Source: the human T2T-CHM13v2.0 reference genome, Homo sapiens. Taken from it: a stretch of 64,000 bases of DNA. The position numbers and the translations under genes are program-made. The notes beneath the pieces were generated by a model. The model had not been told where the DNA came from. It ran no database searches and worked only from the letters and a program-made list of their open reading frames with translations. Positions 15,305 to 30,871 of the stretch are shown piece after piece. Position 1 is the first letter of the stretch; the number at the start of each line of letters is the position of its first letter. Location: assembly GCF_009914755.1 (NCBI RefSeq), contig NC_060932.1, one strand, 5' to 3'.

Positions 15305-17140
15305 GTCATTCCATATGAATTTCAGTATTTTTTTTTCTATTTCTGTGGAAAGTTCTATGTGATATTGATAGGAATTGCATTGAATCTGTAGATTAATTTG
15401 GGTAGGATGGAGTTATTGACAATATTAAGTCTTCCAATCCATGAACACTGAATGCCTTTTCATTTTATTGTGTCTTCTTTCATCAATGTTTTACAGTTTT
15501 TATTATGCAAATCTTTAACCTCCTTGGTCAAATTTATTCATAAGTGTTTTGTTATTCTTGGTGCTGTTTTAAATGGGGTTATTTTCTTGATTTTATATTC
15601 AGATAGTTCACTGTTAGTGTATAGAAATGTAACTAATTTTTGGCCAGGTGTGGTGGCTCACGCCTGTAATCTTAGCACTTTGGGAGGTTGAGGTGGGCGG
15701 ATTGCCTGAGCTCAGGAGTACGAGACCAGCCTGGGCAACATGATGAAACCACATCTCTACTAAAATACAAAAGAAATTAGCCAGGTGTGGTGGTGGGAGC
15801 CTGTAATCCTAGCTACTCAGGAGGCTGAGGCGGGAGAATTTCTTGAATTCGGGTGGCGGAGGTTACAGTGAGCCGAGATTGTGCCACTCCATTCCAGCCT
15901 GGGTGATAGAATGAGACTCCATTTCAAAAAAAAAAAAAAAGAAATGTAAATAATTTTTCTTTATTGTTTTGTATCCTGCACCTTCACTGAATTTGTTTAC
16001 TAGTTTAAACAGTTTGTTTTTTTTTTTTTCTGGAGTCTTTAGGGTTTTCTACATTTAAGATCATGTTGTTTCCAAACAGTGACGATATGATTCTTCCTTT
16101 CTGAATTGGATGCCTTTTATTATTTTATTTTTGCCCAATTCCTCTGGCTAGGACTTCCAGTACTACTTTGAATAGAAGTGGTAAGAGAGTGGTCATCCTT
16201 GCCTTGTTCCTCACCTTAGAGGAAAAGCTTCTAGTTACTTACCACTAAGTATGATGGTAGCTCCGGACTTTTCACATGTAGCCTTTATTATGTTAAGTTA
16301 CTTACTGTTTATAGTTTGTTGAGAAGTTCTATCATGAAAGGGTGCTGATTTTTGTCAGTGTTATTCTGCATTTACCAAAATGATCATATGATATTTTTCC
16401 CTTTATTCTGTTAAATTGGTGTATCACATTAATTGATTTTCTTATGTTGAACCATCCTTGCTTTCCAGAGATAAATCCCACTTGGTTGTGGTGCATGATC
16501 CTTTCAATTTGCTACTGGATTAGGTTTGCTAGAATTTTGTTGAGAATTTTTGCATCAATATTCATCACGGATATTGACCTATAGTTTTCTTTTCTTGTGG
16601 TGTTTTTGTCTGGCTTTGGTATCAGGGTAATGCCAGCCTCATTAAATGGGTTTGGAAGTGTTACCTCTTCTTCAAATGTTTAAAGAGTTGAGAATGATTA
16701 GAATTAACTTTTCTTTAAATGTTTGGTGGAATTCACCAGGGAAGTCATCTGAGTCTTGGCTTTTTTTTTTTAAGGGAGGTGGGAGATTTTTTTATTACTG
16801 ATTTAATCTCCCTGCTGGTTATAGGTCAATTCAGACTTTCTATTTCTTCATGATTTAGTCATAGTAGATTGTATGTTTCTAGGAATTTATCCATTTCCCC
16901 CAGCCTATACAGTTTGTTGGAACATAATTGTTTATAGTAGTCTCATAATCTTTTTATGTTTCTGTGGTATCAGTTGTAATGTCTCCTTTTTCATTTTTCT
17001 GGTTTTATGTATTTTTATGTATTATTTTTCTTAAGTAGTTTCACCTAAGAGTTTGTCAATTTTGTTTATGTTTTCAAAAGAAAAAACTCTTAGACTCATT
17101 TTTTCTATTTTTTTCCCTTTTTAAAATTTATTTCTGCCTC
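15305..17140 (-). mobile_element. Old L1M ORF2 fragment
   Basis: gataggaattgcattgaatctgtagatt...ctctggctaggacttccagtact...ctttggtatcagggtaatg. Confidence 0.85.
15642..15940 (+). mobile_element. AluS inside L1M
   Basis: Full Alu; TSD agaaatgtaactaatttt / agaaatgtaaataatttt. Confidence 0.95.
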
Positions 17141-17253
17141 AGTGTCCTTTTTAATAGTGTTTGCCTATGTATGATCGAGTAGTGTCTTGTTACACAACCA
17201 TGAAGTGGCAAAACCAGACCTTGAACTCAGGTGTATCTAATTCCAACCACTAA

Positions 17254-17809
<556 letters not shown>

Positions 17810-19334
17810 TAATAGATTTGGCCAAGTTCTGTTTTAGGATATCTGGAGAATGCTGGGATTCCTCACTTTGAAGAGCTTTACAGTCTGATGTATTTCTCAG
17901 CATTTGAGTATGATCTCAACACGTATCTCTGGGGTGAGTCTATGGAATTATAATATTACCTCTGATTGTTATGGGAAGCTCCCAGCACAGTGCACGCTGT
18001 ACAGCAAGCCCTCAATTTGTATTTGTTCAATGAACATTGTTTTTAATTTACACAGGCTTGCCTGAAAGGGTAGGTGATGGTAGGTAAGGCCTTTTTGGTG
18101 GGGAGTGGGTACACATAGATATATAATTTGGTCTCAAATTTTCTTTGCTATTTCACTTTAGGTGTTTAGTCAGTCTAGGTTCTGGAGTGTAATTGGCAGC
18201 ACCATGGGTAAGAGAGGGATAATTTCTTACATTGGCAGAAAGGCATTAACTAGCAAGTAAGAGAAAAATAAGAGGACGAAGGACATTGGGAGCAACCTTA
18301 GGCTATCTCTAGTTTGGAAAACTCAATTTGTTTTGCAAAACCCCTGACGATACACTTTCAGTTTTAGGCTGGAAACCCCTTATGGAAAGTGAAACCAGAT
18401 AAAAATCAAAAGAGCTATAGATTCTGAAAGAATGAGAGAAGGTGCTTATTTATTAACCTCTCTCAAGAAATACTAATATTTTGAAATGTTTTCTGAGGTT
18501 GGCACTGTTTGGGAAGGTAATTGAAAATGTTGTGTATAAATGCACATAAATCAAGATGTATTTCTACTTCTGGGATGTTTTTCAATGATGTTTACACATT
18601 TCAATACTTTAAAATTGAGGTATTATTATTAAGATACACAGTTCACTGAGTTTTTACTATGTGCCAGGCCCTTTGCTGGATACCTTATAAATGTTAGCTG
18701 TCTTTATTTAATTCCTCAGATTAACTTACTGTCTTGAATATGATTTCCCTCAATTAGCCTTCTCCATAGTAATATCTCAAGCCTGCCTTCTATTTGCCAA
18801 CCCCACTTCACTCTTCCTTGTATGCATTTTGCAGAGATTTACTATGTCCAGCTGCACATCTCAACTTTCACATTTTATCTCAGCACCCTACACCCACCTC
18901 TCATTATCCATAGCTACACCCCAGTGACATACCTAGTACCTTAGTCATGCAATCTATTTGCCAAATGAATGACCATTTAAAAACCTTTATCTTCAACACT
19001 CCTCTTTTGTTGCAATTCCTACTTCCCCTTCTTACTTATTTGGGAAAAAGAAATTCCTGCTTTCTCCTCTTGGGGACTAAATGTTCTACAAAGTTTGGGT
19101 AATTCTTCTCTACCCAATAGGCAGCCTCAGAAAATGATTGGTCAGGGTAGAGGCATTATGGGAATTTTTTTGAAGTATAATCTGAAAAAAAACTTATAGA
19201 ATGGGTAGGAGGCCAACAGGAGAGCTAAGCATTCATTCACTGCAGGAGTCCAGAGGAGAGGAAGTAAAAACCCAAGCCAGGGACAAGACAAAAGGACCAG
19301 TAACTTCTGCTGCTGATGTAGCTGCCACAGGGAT

Positions 19335-19545
19335 TAGGGCTGGTGAGGCACGTGTTTAAGTCTCAGGTTCCTTAATGCCAGATGTGTAGTCTCAGTCAAT
19401 TTCCTCATTTCTAAGCCTCAAGATGCCACATGTGCATGGTCATAGACACTTTCCTAGGATTGATGATGATCATTAAATTAGAGAATATTTGTAAAGTTCT
19501 TAGCACAGCACCTGGGCATGTAGTAAGTACTTAAGTCTATTATCA
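19335..19545 (+). mobile_element. MIR
   Basis: tgtaaagttcttagcacagcacctgggcatgtagtaagtact MIR tail. Confidence 0.6.
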
Positions 19546-19619
19546 GCCCAGGAAATAACTCTACCTAACAGGTTCTGAGGCATAAAAGTAAACAAGATTC
19601 ATTCCCTTCAAATTTATCT

Positions 19620-19850
19620 TCTTATGCATATATTTACTGAGTGCTTAGTATGTGCCAGTCATAGCACTGGACACCAAAGTCTCGGCAGGGAATAAAACGA
19701 AGTCTCCAGTCTTATGGGAATCTTATGGGAGGGGCCAAGATTTGAGTGCAGGAGCTACAGAAAACAAAGAAAAATCGTATATTTTATCATCTAGTAGTAA
19801 TGAGTGCTAACACTTCAAATAAAATAGCATAAAGGTGCAGATTGAAGAAG
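19620..19850 (-). mobile_element. L2 3' end
   Basis: catatatttactgagtgcttagtatgtgccagtcatagcactgg. Confidence 0.55.
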
Positions 19851-20194
19851 GGGATTAATTTCATTTATTTGTTTTATTCTTAAAAGTTTTAAGTAGCATG
19901 AAAATCACATTAATTTTAAAAAATTCAAAATTGCACATGGCATAGCACTATGGGATGATTTTCAAAATTTCCCAAATTCAGATAATGAGCATGCATGCAT
20001 TTTATTTTTAATATTCATAAAATGTTCCCATGTAATCATTTTTATACATATAATTTTAAATTTACAATATTCAATATGTCAATAGTATGAAAGATATGCA
20101 GGAGAAAATGAATTTTTCTTCCATGATGGACACCTGTCCTCTTCCCATAGGATACGGCTATCTTGGCATGTCTTCCCAAACAGTCTATGTATGT

Positions 20195-20425
20195 GTTATC
20201 AGTACTTTTATTTTGGAAGTTTCTCAAAATTACAGCAAAGATGCAGATACAGAACAAAGACATTTTTCCTAAACCATATGAGAGTTTTCCATCCTGTGCC
20301 TTATCACTCTTGAATTTTTTATTGCATGTTTCCCATATTTTCTACGCACAGGGCATTCTCTTATGTAACTAAAACATACCCATCAAAATTAGAGTTAATG
20401 ATGATACATTACTGCCATCCAATTT
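20195..20425 (-). mobile_element. L1MC-like 3' fragment
   Basis: cagggcattctcttatgtaac...ccatcaaaattag..ttaatgatgatacattact. Confidence 0.5.
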
Positions 20426-22171
20426 GTGCGTGTGTGATTTTTAAAAAAAATTTATTTCAATAGCTTTTGGGGTAAAAGTGGTTTTTTTTGTTACATAGAT
20501 GAATTATATAGTGGTGAATTCTGAGATTTTAGTGCACCTGTCACCAAGCAGTGTACACTGTTCCTAATGTGTAGTTTTTTAATTCCTAGCCTCCCTTCTA
20601 CCCTTCTACCCTTCTCCTTCTGAGTCTCTAAAATCTATTATATCACTCTGTATGCCTTTGCATCCTCATAGCTTAGCTCCCAGGTATAAGTGAGTGATTT
20701 TCCACTCCCATGTTACTGCACTTGGAATAATGGCCTTCAGTCCATCCAATTTGCTTCAAAAGACATTATTTTGTCCATTTTTATGCCTGAGTAATATTCC
20801 ATGGTGTATGTATAGCACATTTTCTTTATTCAATCATTAGCCAATGTGCATTTATGTTTGTTCCACATCTTTACAATTATGAATTGTGTGGCTATAAACA
20901 TATGTGTATAAGTGTCTTTTTCATATAATGACTTCTTTTCCTTCAGGTAAATATCCAGAGTGGGATTGCTAAATTGGATGGTAGATCTACTTTTAGCTCT
21001 TTAAGGAATCTCCATACTATTTTCCATAGAGGTTGTACTAACTTACACTCTCATCAGCAGTGTATAAGCATTCCCTATTCCCCACATCCACACCAACATC
21101 TATTGTTTATTGACTTTTTAATAATGGCCATTCTTGCAGGCGTAAGGTGGTATCACATTGCTATTTTAATTTGCATTTTCCTGATGATTTATGATGTTGA
21201 GTATTTTTTCCATATGTTTGTTGTCCATTTGCATATCTTCTTTTGAGAAATATCTATTCATGTCCTTTGCCCACCTTTTGATGAGATTATTTGTTATTTT
21301 CTTGCTGATGTGTTTGAGTTCCTCATATATTCTGGATAATAGTCCTTTGTTGGATGTGTTGTTTGCAAATATTTTGTCCCATTTAGCAGGTTGTCTGTTT
21401 ACTCTAATTATTATTTCTTTTGCTGTGAAGATGCTTTTTAGTTTAATCAGGTCCCATTTATTTGTTTTTGTTTTTGTTGCATTTGCTTTTGGGGTCTTAG
21501 TCATAAATTCTTTGCCTATGTCGATGTCTAGAAGAGTTTTTCCAAGGTTCTCTTCTAGAAGTTTTATGGTTTCCACTCTTAGATTTAAGTCTTTGATCCA
21601 TCTTGAGTGGATTTTTGTATAAGATAAGAGATAGGGATCCAACTTCATTCTTCTACACATGGCTTGCTAGTTTTCGCAGCACCATTTATTAAATAGGATG
21701 TCCATTCCCCAACTTATGTTTTTGTATGCTTTGTTGAAGATCAGTTAGCTGTGTGTATTTGGTTTATTTCTGGGTTCTCTATTCTGCTCCATTGGTCTTT
21801 GTGACTACTTTCATACCGGTACCATGATGTTTTGGTAACTATAGCCTTGTAGTATAATTTGAAGTTTAGCAATGTGATGCCTCCAGGTTTGTTCTTTTTG
21901 CTTAGGATTGCTTTGGGCTCTTTTTGGTCCCATATGAATTTTAACATTGTTTTTTCTAGTTCTGTGAAAAAATGATGTTGGTATTTTTATGGAAATTGAA
22001 TTGAATCTGTAGATTGTTTGAGGCAGTATGGTTGTTTTCACAATATTGATTCTTCCAATTCGTGAGCATGGAGTGTATTTCCATTTGTTTGTGTCACCTG
22101 TGATTTCTTTCAGCAGTGTTTCATAGTTCTCCTTGTAGAGATCTTTCAGCTCTTTGGTTAAGTATAGTCCT

Positions 22172-22174
<3 letters not shown>

Positions 22175-22216
<42 letters not shown>
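22175..22216. repeat. Poly(T)42 within L1 ORF2
   Basis: Direct count. Confidence 0.95.
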
Positions 22217-25200
22217 CAGCTGTTGTAAAAGGGATTAGTTCTTGATGTGATTCTCACCTTGGTCATTGTTGGTGTATAGCAGTGCTACTGATTTGTGTAC
22301 ATCGATTTTGTAACCTGAGACTTTACTGAATTCGTTTATTAAATATGGGAGTCTTTTGGAGGAGTCTTTAGGATTTTCTTGGTATAGGATCATATCATCT
22401 GTAAACAATGACACTGAATTCCTCTTTTCCAATTTGGATGCCTGTAATTTCCTTCTCTTGCCTAATTGCTCTGGCTAGGACTTCCAGAACTATGTTGAAT
22501 AGGAGGGGTGAAAGTTGGCATTGTTGTCTTGTTCCTGTTCACAGGAAAAATATTTTCAACATTTCCCCATTTATTATGATGTTGACTATGGCTTTATCAT
22601 ATATGACTTTTATTATTTTGAGGTAAGTCCTTTCTGTGCTCAGTTTGTTGAGAGTTTTTATCACAAAGGGATGGTGGATTTTGACAAATGCTTTTCCTGC
22701 ATCTATTGAGATGATTATATGTTTTTTAATTTTGTTTTTAATTTTGTTTATGTGATGTATCACATTTATTGACTTGTGTATGTTAAACTATCCTTGAATC
22801 CCTGGGATGCAACCCAATTGATCATGGTCTTTTAAATGTGCTGTTGGATTTGATTAACTAATAGATTGTTGAGAATTTTTGCATCTATGTTCAACAGGGA
22901 AATTGGTCTGTAATTTTCTTTTTTGTTGTTGTGTCCTTTCCTGGTTTTGGTATCAGGGTGATAATGGCCTCACAGAATGATTTAGGGGGGGATTCCCTCT
23001 TTCTCAATCTCTTGAAATAGTTTCATTAAAGTTGGTACCAATTCTTTGAATGTCTGCTAGAATTCAGCTGTGAATCCATCTGGTCCTGGGCTTTTTATTG
23101 TTGGCAATCTTAAAATTACTGACTCAATCTTGCTGCTTATTATTGGTCTGTTTGGGGTTTCTATGTCTTCCTGATTTCATCTAGGAGGGTTATATGTCTC
23201 CAGGAATTTATCTGTTTCCTCTAAGTTTTCTACCTTGGGTGCATAAAGATAATCATAGTAGTCACAAATAAACTTTTATATTCCTATGGTGTTGGTTGTA
23301 ATGTCTCCAGTTTCGTTTCTAATTGAATCTAATTTCTCATTTGGATCTTTCCTCTTCTTTTCTTGTTAACCTATCTAATGATCTATCTATTTTGCTTATA
23401 TTTTCAAAGTATCAGCTTTTTGTTTCATTGATCTTTTGTGGTTTTTTGTTTGAATTTTATTTAGTTCTGCTCTGATCTTTGTTATTTATTTTCTTCTTCT
23501 AGCTTTGGGTTTCATTTTTTCTTGTTTCTCTAGTATCTTGAGATGTGACATCAGGTTGTCAATTTGTGCTCTTTCTGACTTTTTGATATAAGCATTTAGC
23601 ACTGTAAACTTTGCTCTTAGCATGGCTTTTGCTGTCTCCCAGAGGTTTTGATAATTTTGGTCAGTATTATTCAATTCAAAGAACTTTTAAGTTTCCTTGT
23701 TGATTTCCATGTATTTGTGTAGTTGTTTGTATTTGAGAGTTCCTTTTGGAGTTGACTTCTAGTTTTATTCTACTGTTGTCCTGAAAAGATACTTTATATG
23801 ATTTCAGTTTACTTAAATTTATTGAGATTTGTTTTGTGGCCTATCACGTGGTCTATCTTGGAGAATGTTCTATGTGCTGATGAGAAGAATGTATATTCTG
23901 CAATTCTTGGGTAGAATATTCTGTAAATGTCTGTTAAGTTCATTTGTTCTAGCATATCATTTAAATCCATTGTTTCTTTATTGACTTTCTGTCTTGAAGA
24001 TCTGTCTAGTGCTTTCAGTGGTGTGTTGCAGTCTCCCACTATTTAGTATTGCTGTCTATCTCATTTCTTAGGTCTAGCAGTAATTATTTTATAAATATGG
24101 GAGCTCCAGTGTTAGGTGCATGTAAATTTAGGATTGTAATAGTTTCTTGTTGGATTGGTCCTTTTATCATTATATATAGTGATATAGTGACTTTTTTTTT
24201 TTAGTGTTGCTTTGAAGTCTGTTTTGTCTGATATAAGAAGAGCTACTCCTGCTCACTTTTGGTTTCCATTGACGTGGAATATCTTTTTTTCATTTGGTTA
24301 CCTTCATTTTGTATGAATCCTTTTATGCTAGGTGAGTCTCTTGAAGATAGCAGATATTTGGTTTTCAATTTTTTATCTATTCTGCCATTCTGTATATTTT
24401 AAATGGAGCATTTAGGCCACTTATATTTAATGTTAATATTGAGATGTGAGGTACTATTTCTTACCATATTAATTGTTACCTAGATAGGTTTTTTTGGTTG
24501 TGTTATTGTTTCATAGACTCTGTGAGCTTTAAGCTTTCAAGAGGTTCTATATTGGTGCATAATGGGCTTTTGTTTCTAAGTTTAGAACTCCTTTTAGTAT
24601 TTTTTTGTACTGCTGATATGGTAGTGACAAATTCCCTCAGCATTTGTCTGTCTGAAAATGACTTTATTTCTTTTTCATTTATGAAACTTAGTTTTGCTGT
24701 ATACAAACTTCTTGGCTGACAGTTATTCTGTTGATGGAGGCTGAAGATAGGACCTCAATCCTTCTGGTTTGTAAGGTTTCTGCTGAGAAGTCTGCTGTTA
24801 GTCTGATGAATTTTCCTTTGTAAGTTACCTGATGCTTTTGTCATACTACTCTTAGAATTCTTTCCTTCATGCTGAATTTAGATAATCTGATGACTATATG
24901 CCTTTGTGGTGAACATCTTTTTGCCATGAATTTCCAGGTGTTATTTGAGCTTCTTGGATTTGAATATCTAGATCTCTATCCAGGCCAGGGAAATTTATCT
25001 TAAATATTTCCTCAAATAAGTTTTCCAGACTTAATGTTTTCTTTTCTCCCTCAGGAACATCAATTATTCTTTGGTTTGGCCAGTTTACATAATATCATAT
25101 TTCCTGGAGATTTTGTTCATTTTGTATTCTTTTTAAAATTTTTTTGTCTGATTGGCTTAATTTAAAAGTCTTATCTTCAAGCTCTGATATTCATACTTCT

Positions 25201-25734
25201 ACTCAGTCTGTTAAAACTTTCCACTGCATTTTGTAATTCCCTAAGTGTGTCTTTCATTTCCATAAGTTCTGATTAGTTTTTCTTTATTATATCCATCTCT
25301 AGAAAATTCTTAATTCATATCCTGAACTGCTTTTTAAATTTCTCTGTGATGTTTTTCTCCTTTCTCTAATATCTTCTTGAGTAGCTTAATAATTGATGTT
25401 TTGAATTTCTTATCTGATATTCCTAAGGTTTCATTATGGTTAGGATCTATTGCTGGAGAGATAGTGTGATCTTTTGGGAGTGTTATGGAACACTGAATTG
25501 TCATATTACCAGAGTTACGTTTCTGGTTCATTCTCATTAGGCCAGACTATTTCTTCTAAGTATTCTTGAATTTATGTTTGATTTGGTTGTGTTTCTTTTG
25601 TCTGTTTTTAAATTTCTCTTTTCCTCTTAAGAATGTGACTTTAGTGCTTATAGTTAATTATAGCCTAACTTGGTTCTTGGTGCTTTCAGGGGTGAAGACT
25701 CTGTAAGAATTCCTTAGTTATAGAGAGTCTCTGA

Positions 25735-26141
<407 letters not shown>

Positions 26142-28107
26142 TGAGCAAGTTTACTGTCTCCTATGGGGTTGGAATGCATTTATATATTTGTTTGTTTGTT
26201 TATTTATTTATTTATTTTTCCACGATATTTTATTTACTGATTTGATGGTTTAGGCTTCAGGCCAGTAAGGGAAGTGTTCCTGGGTAGGAACCAGTTGTGG
26301 CTAAAGCAGGTTGGTAAATGCATTATCCAATGATGGACGGAGGTCCTAAGATCAACAGAGGTGGCTGGAGGAGCTCTTGGTGAGTCGCACTGAGGTCTTA
26401 TCAGGGGGAAGGGTTGGAGCCACCTCAGCTCCCCGTATCAGGTCAGGAGGATAGTTATACACCCCTCAGACACACTCCTTTCTCAGTGTTCTGGCTATGC
26501 AGCTCAGACTGTCATCTCTTTTCATATGTAGGAATGCTGATGTTCCAAGTATAGAAGAATTGTAACTGTCTCTCATGCAAGCCTGAACCTGGAGGGTGCT
26601 CCTCCTGCGAGGATGCAGTTACCCTGATGTGTTCCAGAAAGGCTGCCTATGGTTGAATCCATGCCAGCCTTCTGTGAGGGAACCTCCAACTGTGCTTGCA
26701 GTGGTGGACAAGAGGGGAAAGACATCCCCTTCTCCAAGACCCTTTGTATGCACCAGGGCTATCTGACTGTTGGGTTAGAATTGCAGACTTTCCTTGCTGA
26801 GCCAGCACTGCAACTGTGCCTCTGCTGAAGGAAACTTCCCACCAGCAGAAAGATCTGGTGCTGAAGGCCTGCCATCTAGATTATTTTGACCCGTTGGGTG
26901 TTCCCTTGATGTGGTGCACTCCTTCTAGGAGTGGAAGTCCCTGGGAGCCAGACTACTATGAGTGTTGTTGCTCCTCTGGGTCTAGCCACTCAGTGAAGTT
27001 GCCACACTCCAGGCTGGTGCTCGGGAATATCTTCAAGGTATTTGGTGATGTGACTTTTCCTCAAGTCTCCCAGTAGTGGGGAGCAGCACTGGCTCTAATG
27101 GGGATGGCAGTGGAGTGAGGTAGACTATGGGAGATTTCTTCGTTATTGATAGACTTAGTGTGTTGGCTTTCTCGAATACCAGTAATAGTAATGAACTGGT
27201 CATTTGGACAGACTCAAGACCACCTGTTTAGCCAGAGTGGTGCAGGTGGTGCAGGCAGTAGTGATAGCTGAGATTGTGCAGCTGTTTTCTCCTTCCTGGG
27301 TGCAGTGTTATTCTACCAGGAAATGCTTCAATGGACTGTGTTGGTTGGCCTCCAGCAAGGAGGTGGCGCTTACAAAGGAACAGCAGCTGTGGTAGTAGCA
27401 ATGAGATTTTTGCTTGTCTTATGTTGCCCAGGGGCAGTACTCTGGTTTCTTAGGCAATGAGTGGGGTCACAAAGCTCCCAAAAGTTTCTGTCCTTTGTGT
27501 TAAGCTACCAGGGAGGGTGGTGGGGCAAAGCCAGGGAAGGGCTGGGTCAGGCAGGTTTGCACTCTGAGTTTCCACATGCAGGTCAAGCAGCATCCCCTGT
27601 GGGTGTCAGGGGATGGAGGCAGTTCTCAGGCCACTGGGTTGATGTTCCATAGGGGAGTGTTGCTGCTTCTGCTACACAGAAGAGTTCGTGTAGGAAGTGA
27701 GGAGTAGCAGGCGGCAGTAAGCCCCACACAGATCCCATGCACTTGGCAAGGCAGATCCATTCCCGCAGTGCTCCACTAGCAGCAATGGGCTAAGTTCCAG
27801 GTACCTGCACTCAGAATTCGCAAGTGCCCTGGGGCATAAACTTTCCCCACGGAAATAGCAACTGGGGCTTTCGGGTCATGACTCTCCCCATCTGCTGAAA
27901 ACCTGGGTGCCCAGCTCCTACACTCATGGCTGCAGCCTGCTTTTCACTCTTCCTGACCCCAGCCCTGGCCAAGGGAGTTTGTTCCTACTGGAGGTTATAT
28001 CGTGAAACCCAGGTGGGGGCTTCTTTGAACATGTGACCACTGCCTGAATAATTTGGCTGACCTCTGCAGGGTCCCTTGTGAAAAACAGTAATGAATGGCT
28101 TCCCTAT

Positions 28108-28560
28108 AGTGACAGTGAAGATGAAGAAAAGTAGGTAAATTCAAGAAAAATCAAGAAGTTAATTTAAGTGCACTTTGTCACAGATCAATTATGGGAAATG
28201 TAGACGGCTTCAAAAATTGCAATTGCAGGTTTCTAGCTGGCATAATGAGATGGTGGTGTCATTCACAGGGAAAGGATACTCCAGAGGAGAAGTGATTGGG
28301 GGATTTAAGGTAGAAGTAGTTGCTGAGTCCAGATTTGAAGTTATTAATATGGGAAAGTAGAAAGCTTGCTTTTGACACATTTTAGACACTAAGTGGATAT
28401 ATTGATTAGTCAAGTAGATACAAGTCTAGGACTCAAAGATATGTTCTAGGCTAAAGATAAAAATTGGGGAGTCACTGATATATAGTTGGTTTTTTGAATC
28501 AAGATATTAAAAGATGAAATTTCCTAGAGAAATAATATAGAGTGAGAAAAGAAGGCACAT
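28108..28560 (-). mobile_element. L2 fragment
   Basis: caggtttctagctggcataatgagatggtggtgtcattcac...aattgggagtcact. Confidence 0.6.
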
Positions 28561-28984
28561 GTCTCTGCTTCTCAAATAAGGGTACAAGAACTCCAGAGAA
28601 ATATTCTCTGTATTTACCAATGTTCTTGAAGAGCAGGGAAAATTTCAAGTCATAGACACAGCTCAAATTCTTCAATCACCAGTTTTATTTAAATATTTGG
28701 GATGAGGGATGTTATAGAGTATAACACAATGTAGAATTCTGTAGATTAGAATGCAAAATTTACATAAATCATAAGACTAAAGAAGAGAATTAATTTATCT
28801 GTTTGACACCGTTTCCTTGAGCTAAATCTTCAGTTCTTCAACCCAGGGTGTGAGAAGTCATTGGCAAATTGGTTAGGTCACAATTATAACTACTTATTAC
28901 ATAGTAGTTCTCTTCCTTTACCTTATGTGTATATAGTCAGTGATTTAAAAGTGGAAGGGTGAAAAGGACACAAATACATGAACA

Positions 28985-30871
28985 TATATGCCAGTGTCAT
29001 GGATTAGAAGAATAAATACTGTTAAAATGTCCATAGTATTCAAAATGATATACAGATTCTATCCAATCCCTATCAAAATAACAATGATGTTCTTCACAAA
29101 ATAGAAAGAACAATTCTAAAATTTATATGGGACCACAAAAAACCCTGAATAGACAAAGAAATTTTGAGCAAAAAGAAGAACGCTAAAAGCATCACATTCC
29201 CTTACTTCAAAATATACTACAAAGCTATAGTAACCAAAACAGCATAGTACTGGCATAAAAAAATACACATAGACCCATGGAATAGAATAGAGATCCCAGA
29301 AACAAATCCACATATCTATAGGCAACTGATTTTCAACAAAGGTGCCAAGAACACACAATGAGCCAAGGACAGTCTGTTCAATAAATTGTGTTGGGAAAAC
29401 TGGATATCCATATGCAGAAGAATGAAATTATACTCTTATTTATCACCATATACAAAAATACCCTCAAAATGGATTAAAGACTTAAATTTTAAAATGAAAA
29501 CTATGAAACTAGTAGAAGAAATACAGGAGTAAAACTCCTTGACATTTTTCTGGGAAATGATTTCTTGTATATGACTCCCAAAGCACAGGCAACAAAAACA
29601 AAACTAGATAAATGAGATTATATCAAACAAAAAAAATTCTGCACAACAAAGAAAACAATGAACAGAGTGAAGGGACAACTTACAGAAAAGGAGTAAATAT
29701 TTGCAAAGTATACAGCTGATAAAGGGTTGATACCCAAAATATATAAGGTACTCATACAATTCAATAGCAAGGAAATAGATAAACTAATTAAAAATGGGAA
29801 AATGACCTTAATAGACTTTTCTCAAAAGAAGACGTATGAATGACCAACAGGTATATGAAAAATGCTCAATGTCACGTATCTTCAGAGAAATGCAAATCAA
29901 AACCACAATGAGATATCACCCCACTCCTGTTAGAATGGCTATTCTCAAAAACATGAAAGATAACAAGGGTTTGTGAGGATGTGCAGAAAAGGAAACGCTT
30001 ACACACTGTTAGTGGGAATGTATATTAGTAAAGCCAATATGAAAAACAGTATGGAAGTTCCTCAAAATATTAAAAATAGAACTACGATATCATCCAGCAA
30101 TCTCATTACTGGTTACATATCCAAAAGAAATGAAATCAGTATGTTAAAAAAGTATCTCTACTCCCATGTTTATTGCAGCACTATTCACGATAGCCAAGAT
30201 ATGAAAAAAAAAAAAAAACCTAAATGTTCATCAATAGATGAAAGGAATAAAGAAAATGTGGTGCATTTACCCAAAAGGAATACTATGCAGCCACAAAAAG
30301 AATGAAATCCTGTCATCTGAGATGACATGAATAATCTGGGGGACATTATGTTAGGGGTGAAATAAGCCAGGGACAGAAAGACAAATACTACATGATCTCA
30401 CTAATATATAGAATCCAAAAAAGTTGATTTCATCAAAGTAGAGAGTAGAATGGTAGTTATCAGAAGCTGGGGTGGTTAGGGGGCAGGAGAAATGGGTAGA
30501 TGTTGGTGAAAGGATATATAATTACAGTTAGAAGGAATAAATTAAAGAGATCTATTGTACAACATGGTGACTATAGTTATCAATATATTGTATTCTTGAC
30601 AATTGCAGAGATAGTGGATGTTAACTGTCCTCGCTGCAAAAAAGATAACTATGTGAAGTAGTGCATTTGTTAATTAGTTACTTAGGTTGGTGCAAAGGTA
30701 ACTGCAGTAATTACTGCAAAGTAATTGCCATTAAAAGTAATGGCAAAAACCTCAATTACTTTTGCACCAACCTAATAAATTTAATTATTCCACAATATAT
30801 GTGTACCTCAAAACATCATGTTGTAGATGATAATATGTACAATTTTGTCTTTTTATCTTTTTTTAAAAAAA
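28985..30871 (+). mobile_element. L1MA-family ORF2 3' part and 3'UTR
   Basis: gacttcaaaatatactacaaagctatagtaacc-like ORF2 sequence; caaaaccacaatgagatatcac; 3'UTR ending caaaacatcatgttgta. Confidence 0.9.
30682..30775. mobile_element. MADE1 (Hsmar1-derived MITE), elongated
   Basis: TIRs TTAGGTTGGTGCAAA / TTTGCACCAACCTAA followed by TA; 94 bp versus the ~80-bp consensus. Confidence 0.92.

Noticed and set aside
21166-25537. L1 ORF1/ORF2 peptides as functional CDS
   Set aside because: Fragmented by many stops, frameshifts and deletions; a dead element.
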